The position numbers were made by a program, and so were the translations under genes. A DNA stretch of 64,000 bases, taken from a virus. The stretch covers positions 1-64,000 of the IMG/VR virus record IMGVR_UViG_3300045922_000503, one strand, 5' to 3'. Of this stretch, positions 58,601 through 64,000 are shown piece after piece (position 1 is the stretch's first letter; every line of letters starts with the position of its first letter). The notes under the pieces are model-generated. The model ran no database searches, was not told the origin of the DNA, and saw only the letters and a program-made list of their open reading frames with translations.

Positions 58601-59595
58601 CGGTAGTAACTGTTCGGGTGGGCGGGGAGACAACGTGGTCTGGTCCTCTTGGGGAAGCGCTGGACGTAGTCCCCCGGACGTCGCATGGGTTCGCTGCGGA
58701 GGACCCGGTGACAGTCCTTCAGTGGAAGAGCAGTCTGCCCTTCGACCTTGCAGGGGCGACCGCTACGGTATGGCTGCCGTCGCGAGACGCCCTGACAGCC
58801 ACCCCAGGCGCACTCCTCGCCGTCGTGTCGGCCGAGGTAGGGGTGGAGGTCGAGGAGTTTCGCTCGAGCCAGACTAACCAGGCCGCGTGGGAGCGGCTCC
58901 CCTCTACGGTCACGGTAGGGGCGGTGCCTCCGACCCCAGAAGCGGCTGTCGCCGCCGGGGCTGCCCACAGGCACGCAGACCGGCTCTGGGTGCCAGCTGG
59001 CGGCCTTCGAGGTACAGACGTGTTTGCCGGGTCCCCTGCAGGCAATGGCCGGAGATGGTCCGTGTGCGTCCGGTCCCCAGCGCACTCCGCATCATGGCCG
59101 GCAGGCACCCACAGGGTCCTGACCTTGCAGGACAGCTACGTGGACGTGCAGATCCCTCAGCAGGGAGCCCCTGTCTTCCGCCTAGGAGTTGATGAGAGCG
59201 CGGTCTTGTTCCAGGAGATGGAAGTGCCGCTTCGCCCACAGGACTACCTGCACGTAGGCGTTCGCACAGGCCTGGCAGATCAGGGCCAGTACCGCTGGGG
59301 CCTGTTCCTGATGGTGTCAGACCGCACAGACCCGGAGGATGAAGACGCGAACGTTCTCTGGCAGGCGGAGGTGCTGTCGGACGAGACGCAGAGCGAGCCT
59401 ATCCTCTCAAGAGCGTGCGAGGGCGGTTCCGTCCTGATGGGAGCGCTGTACCCTCTGGGGGAGGACCCGGACGTCAGTGGACACCCTGCCACCTCGCTGG
59501 TATCGTCAGACGCGACGCCGGCACTCTCTCATAGCAGCCGGTCTGCCCTTAGCTGGGTCGTCTACGCAACCCGTACTGTGATCCTCGAGGACTGA
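55672..59595 (+). CDS. Large probable tail/baseplate structural protein (1307 aa)
   Basis: ATGA-coupled to spike-like gene; helical N-half, beta-rich C-half. Confidence 0.5.
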   Translation: MTAPLRWDQAGGDIGNPAALRAVIGGLQQARDALEASRIPAQIVATLAEVQYWLDLAMTLASGQRVIGIALGQILIDLVRPYLSDGAYILAHTNVADVIQQRGLRTLLQHGQDPFATAGDPPPYAGDVFTDPQSRLLAGVRGSFSFARQVRRVSSPLARNPVVQEILTTLAGEPQQNFDTWLQDFLNAFYDEADPLRPVLYESTGPLTPGQRFEVGPPEFGGYIFTVETTDPTVLFRTLGQLRDLFRTSSPSFVNPISIIPLGEDEEYDWRRDLANFAMFRGPARERIRMVSSTPDFQRLSTADLMPLVDRFANLLNIAAGFVGPPLLVNVNLDSIIQSLTETYLRILRMLDLIISTLTQLQMLLSVPGVSMLRIPLSRASLDNFVADIYRASSTRDDLVRVEATPPLFREGAVDDPTVENPTELAIAGMPVAFANRAVDNFRRTWARGTLIRDRRVEQVHGSYVGRGTIMRRSEAQRIAAAVPEFRFGPVHNLLVGGLGVFYQRGPLSQFLDGLFNRSRRGGGTEEDPASPEDIVDELRQVQSALSSAVTASIPRLSAAPTAPAGSRASVAAARGPGRDSFRLDDQETDRFSDSGRAAGAEDGAAAAQLSSPLGVVSRPAVDTAVSGAGTGFRRWGAVAVDAASGADPGTDANVVVAGSWRRVGRMLPERPDLEVPAVTGDGPPLGAPGGPDDVPASGRVASRLWKHSAVSQVISVTGASLDGPVLTCPGFGPAFSMPDNPGAGDYLLAVDLRLRIEATAEEVRVRTSLVKVLGADRYLLSHCPPSPPLATLLGITVVERADNFHPADEYLEVDASGMSPDDVLAVSACGRKVPRPGFATAAAAEDDRIGVLSASIIVGTYVAATSPALPSSMTGPLGVLAGPVNSPTQSLSTSWATGSKVRSWSPDGEPSPSTDRRIAASQTPITQWRFSGNWASAMAVLPLAGGVVLGAGSPAVNALVYAPSNPATGNLSTLGAVVTVRVGGETTWSGPLGEALDVVPRTSHGFAAEDPVTVLQWKSSLPFDLAGATATVWLPSRDALTATPGALLAVVSAEVGVEVEEFRSSQTNQAAWERLPSTVTVGAVPPTPEAAVAAGAAHRHADRLWVPAGGLRGTDVFAGSPAGNGRRWSVCVRSPAHSASWPAGTHRVLTLQDSYVDVQIPQQGAPVFRLGVDESAVLFQEMEVPLRPQDYLHVGVRTGLADQGQYRWGLFLMVSDRTDPEDEDANVLWQAEVLSDETQSEPILSRACEGGSVLMGALYPLGEDPDVSGHPATSLVSSDATPALSHSSRSALSWVVYATRTVILED

Positions 59596-59597
59596 CA

Positions 59598-61856
59598 ATG
59601 CTCAGGCTCCGTGACTACGCCGCATCCTTTCTCCCCCGCACGAAGACGTCTCAGTACCACCGCGTCGACATGGGGGAGAGCGTCGAATCCTGGGGGCAAA
59701 GGGCGGGGGAATCGCTCCGACGCCAGCACCCGTGGACGGGCAAGTACGATGTTCGGGTCGAGATTACGACCACGGACGACGTGGCCAACGCCATCGGGTA
59801 CTTCTACCTTCTGCCCCGGCAGATCCCCCCGAATATGATCGGCATGGACACCCTGCCATCCGTGCGGGTGCCCATCATCATCGCAGACCGCAAACTTCTC
59901 CCTCTGGACACCTACATTCACCAAGAGACGTTCCTTCCGCTCAGTGAAGACCGGGTGCGCTCGATTCTGTCCACTGGTGACATCTTCATGCCGGTCACCC
60001 ACCACGAGGTCGAGCAGATCCGCGACGCAGAGCTCGGCCTGCGCGGGGTATCTTCCTCTTCCGTCTTCGGAGGAGCGGGCGGCATGCTGCTGGGGCACTC
60101 CGTCAAGTCGGCGTCCGTGAGCATGGAGACCGCCGAGCGGCTTGGAATGGGGCACTTGCTGGCCTGGGCGCGAGAGCTTCCATCCAGCCACGTGCTCAAC
60201 GACGTCCTGACGCCGGAGGAGGCGGGCAACCCATGGGTCCGCGCGCAGGTGCACGCCAAGACAAGCTCGGCGGCTCAGAACATTCCTTTCTCCGCAGAAG
60301 ACAGCATTCGGGTCTGGGCGCGCAACGCCAACAGCCCCAGCCGGATGCAGCCGCTGCTGGAGAAGATGAGCCAGCTTCGTGGCTATGAGGTCCGGCGCTC
60401 TGGCGTCGACGGAGTGATGTCGTACCGGCCCATCTGGGCAGTGTCCCCAGTCGACGGCAAAGCGGGCTACGGGGACTGGACCAAGACCTCCATGGCCCGA
60501 CTTTCCGAGTTGGTCGGACCCAGCTCGCTGGAGCGCGCCCTACCCGTGCTGGCGGAAATCGGCCAGACCACCATCCCGTGCCCTGAATCGGACACGACTA
60601 CCCCCCTGCGTGACCTCACTGTTCAGCTGCTGCAGCACGAGCGCGACGCGGACCTCTGGCTCAAGACGTCGGCGGTAGCCATTCCCGAATCCTCTATCCG
60701 CCGGGGAGACGTAGTCCTGTTCGAGGAGGGAGAGTCGAAGTTCTTTCCCGGCATCAAGATCAGCCAGGTGTTCGGCAACGGGACGTCAGGCGCGACTTAC
60801 GTCCTAGACGTCTCGACAGAGACCCCTGTCCTACGTGAGGCCCACAGTACACTGCGCCCGCTGCTGGTTGCTGGCACAGCCAAGCTCTCCGCCATTCACG
60901 CCCCAGCCGGCACCCTTCTAGGTTACAGAAAGGACACGGGTGAGTTGGTAGCAGCTTTCCTGGACCCCCGCGTGATGACCAAGACATCGTCAGGAGCCAC
61001 GGCAGCCCTGAAGGACGGCGCTGGGTCTGTGACTCTGACAGGCCCCAGTAGTGGAGTCATTCAGGCAGGAGGTTGGACGCTGCACGTTGATGACGTCTGT
61101 GACGTGGTGTCTGTCCCGTCGACCAAGACGTCGGCCTTCGCGGACAAGTACCAAGGGCTGACGCATGCGCTGGCCCGCGCGAAGTCCTCTGCGGCACTGC
61201 TCGCCGAGGTACAGCCAAAGCTGCGCTTCATGACCTTCAACGCGAAGGACGGCACGTTCAACTTCGACACCGACCTGCCCCTAGAGTACCTCTCTCGCGG
61301 AAGCGTGAAGGGGTCCAGTGCCCCCGAAGCAGCGGCGACGCTGCTCTGTATGGGCATGGGCGCGCACGATGCCCTGGCCTGCGTCAAGCTCGCTGCCGAA
61401 GAAGGCAGGAGCCTTTTCCGGTTCTCAGACGCCCCCCTGCGAGCGCAGGAGGTTCTGCGGAATGGCGACGCGGCCCTTCGAGCGGTCATCGAGACAGCCG
61501 AGAGCGTGGCGGAGAAAATCAGCATGGCTCGGGGCGCTGCTACGTCGGCTACTCTTCAAGCTCTGGCCGTCATGGCGACCTATGACAGCAGCGTGCTCGC
61601 GAAGACGAGCTCCACCGGCTCTGGAACGTCACTGGACGTATTGTTGTCTCTGGACTTCCTGAGCAGGGACAACATTCTGAAGTTCGCCAACTTTCTGCCT
61701 ATCATCGAGCAGTGCCAGGGGTACCTCTGCGCCCTGCGCATCGCCAGTCGACTTGGCCTTGACGAAGTCTCCGAATCAGCGTGTACCAGTGCCATTGACT
61801 CCATGGAGCCCATCATCTTCGGGCTCAGGTCGATTAGGCACGTACTTCGGAGCTGA
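59598..61856 (+). CDS. Probable head core/scaffold-type protein with multiple KTS motifs
   Basis: 752 aa with seven KTS plus EKMS/AKLS/EKIS; function inferred. Confidence 0.5.
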   Translation: MLRLRDYAASFLPRTKTSQYHRVDMGESVESWGQRAGESLRRQHPWTGKYDVRVEITTTDDVANAIGYFYLLPRQIPPNMIGMDTLPSVRVPIIIADRKLLPLDTYIHQETFLPLSEDRVRSILSTGDIFMPVTHHEVEQIRDAELGLRGVSSSSVFGGAGGMLLGHSVKSASVSMETAERLGMGHLLAWARELPSSHVLNDVLTPEEAGNPWVRAQVHAKTSSAAQNIPFSAEDSIRVWARNANSPSRMQPLLEKMSQLRGYEVRRSGVDGVMSYRPIWAVSPVDGKAGYGDWTKTSMARLSELVGPSSLERALPVLAEIGQTTIPCPESDTTTPLRDLTVQLLQHERDADLWLKTSAVAIPESSIRRGDVVLFEEGESKFFPGIKISQVFGNGTSGATYVLDVSTETPVLREAHSTLRPLLVAGTAKLSAIHAPAGTLLGYRKDTGELVAAFLDPRVMTKTSSGATAALKDGAGSVTLTGPSSGVIQAGGWTLHVDDVCDVVSVPSTKTSAFADKYQGLTHALARAKSSAALLAEVQPKLRFMTFNAKDGTFNFDTDLPLEYLSRGSVKGSSAPEAAATLLCMGMGAHDALACVKLAAEEGRSLFRFSDAPLRAQEVLRNGDAALRAVIETAESVAEKISMARGAATSATLQALAVMATYDSSVLAKTSSTGSGTSLDVLLSLDFLSRDNILKFANFLPIIEQCQGYLCALRIASRLGLDEVSESACTSAIDSMEPIIFGLRSIRHVLRS

Positions 61857-61858
61857 GG

Positions 61859-62986
61859 ATGGCGAGATCCGCAGGGACGCCCTTTCACATTCAGGTCAAG
61901 GCGCTGCTCTACCGAGGGGAGAGCGACGAGGCCATCGAAGCGGTCTTTCGGCACACCGTTGGCACCGCCATGACGACCTTCATCATGACTGAAGTAGCTG
62001 ATCTTCGTCGGTGGGGCCGGGTGCCTAACCACATCGAGGCGCAGCAGGGCGCGCCCGCTACATGGCCCAAGGTCAGTGCGCTGGACGCCCGCCAGTTTGT
62101 GGACGTGGCTGACCCAGAGCTCCGCCCTTGGCAGTACGCCTACAGATACAACCTGCCTCATTGGGCTACCGCTGCAGGCAAAGCGCAGTGGGGTAGAGCG
62201 AGCCAGCTGTGGGCCAATTCAGACGTGAGGCAGCTTCTGTGCACGCTGCTGCTGTGCAGGGATGTGGACGACAGCAAGGCACTGGCCACCGCCAAGCTCT
62301 ACTACCCGTACGTGATGTCGCGGTACAATAAGGCCGACGTCTCTGCATTCCGGACGCTGTACTGGGACTTCTCCGGCTGGAGCATGTCTACGCTTCTCTC
62401 GTTCTTGGAAGTCGACGCTGACTTCAAAGGGGCGCGGTACGCGGTCGCCCTGGGGAAGGAAGCAGCGCTTTTCGCCTTGGGGCTCATCTCCTTGGACATG
62501 CGGCATGAGCAGATGTTCCAAGCGGTGCGCAACCACTCCTACCTCCATCTCACCAAGATGGCGGTGCTGGACGACAGGTTCAACCCTCGGGACTACAAGG
62601 AGATGTACGCTGTCTTCCAGTCTGCGGTGCAGTACCTGGACGGCAAGATGGACAATGACGAGTTGCCGTTCGAGGAATACGTGAGCAACATGAAGCTCAT
62701 CGAGGAGGAGGACTTTGCATCCTTGGACGAGATCGTAGCGGGCGCCAGCCGTGGCGCTGACCAAGAGCTTGTCCTGTTGGCGAGGCGCAACGGTCGCTTG
62801 ACGGAGTCCGATGCCGCCTACCACATGATCGCAATTGAAAAGGGCGCGTGGCCGGACCGCCACAGGCAGCACGTCCGTTCTCTTCTGTCTCTTGACGACG
62901 AGCCTGAAGACACAGCAGACGTACCGTTGGCCACTCCGGTTCGGAAGGCTAAGAAAATGGGTACCAAGAGAAGGAGCGCAGGATGA
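61859..62986 (+). CDS. Hypothetical protein (375 aa), basic C-terminus
   Basis: Co-oriented, tightly coupled ORF. Confidence 0.75.
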   Translation: MARSAGTPFHIQVKALLYRGESDEAIEAVFRHTVGTAMTTFIMTEVADLRRWGRVPNHIEAQQGAPATWPKVSALDARQFVDVADPELRPWQYAYRYNLPHWATAAGKAQWGRASQLWANSDVRQLLCTLLLCRDVDDSKALATAKLYYPYVMSRYNKADVSAFRTLYWDFSGWSMSTLLSFLEVDADFKGARYAVALGKEAALFALGLISLDMRHEQMFQAVRNHSYLHLTKMAVLDDRFNPRDYKEMYAVFQSAVQYLDGKMDNDELPFEEYVSNMKLIEEEDFASLDEIVAGASRGADQELVLLARRNGRLTESDAAYHMIAIEKGAWPDRHRQHVRSLLSLDDEPEDTADVPLATPVRKAKKMGTKRRSAG

Positions 62987-63570
62987 GCGGAATCATACTG
63001 GACAGGACAGGCGCTACGTCCACGGGCCTGAGGAGTGCAGAGGAGATGTCAAATCTCTTCAACGCAGGGAGTGACATCCTGGATTACCGCCCGGACCTGG
63101 CAGCCAGCGTCGTGCAGGTGGACGACAGGTTCGTCGCCACGGGGGCGATGGCGAACCTGTCGATGAGCGTGTGGGTGGAGGGCGAGGCTGACGTGTTCAT
63201 CCAGTTCTTCCCCAAGGATCGAGTCAAGCAGTTCTCCTTCCGTTTGGAGACCTTTGCGAGGGACAGCGACCGCATCGCCCAAGAGGTTCTGGTCAACGCC
63301 ATGGGACGGGAAGCCCGGGCGGTCGCGGACTTCTTCCCTGCCTCGGTAGGGCACATGAGGGAAGCTGTTGGGGCGCGGGGGCTCAACGGCGGCAGGGCTG
63401 CGAGGCACCAGGGGATGGACCTCCATCAGGTCACAGTCCTCGGGTTGTTTCGTCGGCTGAACACGAAGTCGCTGGCGACGGGTAACAGCCGGTGGGCCGA
63501 GGTGACGCTGGAGTTCATCCAGCGTCACGACCGCCTAGCCGGAGAGCTCCAACAGCGCGTTGGTCAGTGA
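62983..63570 (+). CDS. Hypothetical protein (195 aa)
   Basis: ATGA coupling. Confidence 0.7.
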   Translation: MSGIILDRTGATSTGLRSAEEMSNLFNAGSDILDYRPDLAASVVQVDDRFVATGAMANLSMSVWVEGEADVFIQFFPKDRVKQFSFRLETFARDSDRIAQEVLVNAMGREARAVADFFPASVGHMREAVGARGLNGGRAARHQGMDLHQVTVLGLFRRLNTKSLATGNSRWAEVTLEFIQRHDRLAGELQQRVGQ

Positions 63571-63975
63571 CCTCCTGCCGTTCGGGCAGGACGCGCAGTT
63601 GGCCTGCGCGTAGCAGGACCACGTCCCCAAGGTGCCCCTGACAGCGGCCTTGACGCCCTCCCTGGCGGGGGAATCGACCCGCATGTCCTGGTTTTCTTTC
63701 ACCAGAGTCATGAGGGTGCTCAGCGCCTGCCCCACGGAGCAGCTCACCGGAAACTGCCTGTTGGGGCCTGTCGCCGCATACTCTGCCAGCAGCGACGACG
63801 CAGCGCCCAGATCCAGGTTGAACCCGAGGGCGCGCTCCGCGTCCTCCAGGAAAAGGTCCCTGCCCCTGCTACACTCCAGGCAGCTGCTCATGGACCGGCA
63901 GGCGTCTTCCTCCCCTGGCAAAAGAGTAAGTCCTGCGTTCAATCTGCTGCCGTCTGGGCAGCCAGGGAAGAACAC
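63535..63975 (-). CDS. Cys-rich hypothetical protein, probably 3' part of a gene starting beyond the window
   Basis: CLEC, CASC motifs; frame appears open towards window end. Confidence 0.5.
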   Translation of the reverse strand: MFFPGCPDGSRLNAGLTLLPGEEDACRSMSSCLECSRGRDLFLEDAERALGFNLDLGAASSLLAEYAATGPNRQFPVSCSVGQALSTLMTLVKENQDMRVDSPAREGVKAAVRGTLGTWSCYAQANCASCPNGRRSLTNALLELSG

Positions 63976-64000
63976 CCGGTTTTGCCCGTGCTGGATGGAA

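Overview
High-GC, gene-dense segment of what is almost certainly a large (jumbo-type) tailed bacteriophage genome. No host housekeeping operons are visible. Recognisable genes: MoxR AAA+/VWA pair, degenerate ComM-like ATPase, amidase (endolysin-like), DEDDh exonuclease, probable portal, class II ribonucleotide reductase (nrdJ), a single-chain fused beta-beta' RNA polymerase with an intein directly after its catalytic DxDGD motif, an SNF2-like helicase and probable baseplate proteins. Three unusual layers stand out. (1) About 13 otherwise unrelated proteins flanking the RNAP share an N-terminal leader ending in K-[LVIM]-[SA]; most are glycine-zipper proteins and one is the helicase. KxS/KTS motifs also recur inside neighbouring virion-type proteins, suggesting a capsid-targeting and protease-maturation code for an injected cargo set. 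(2) A 10-bp motif, GGCCATAACA (10 exact copies plus 2 variants), sits at transcription-unit starts for non-structural genes, usually followed by a hairpin with an AUGGN-type loop; it is a candidate phage early promoter. (3) Three of these motifs point into structured non-coding segments, including a ~390-nt RNA closed by a long-range stem with a tRNA-like T-arm, and a duplicated leader shows covarying stems and a possible pseudoknot. All calls come from reading motifs by eye; no database search or folding program was run.
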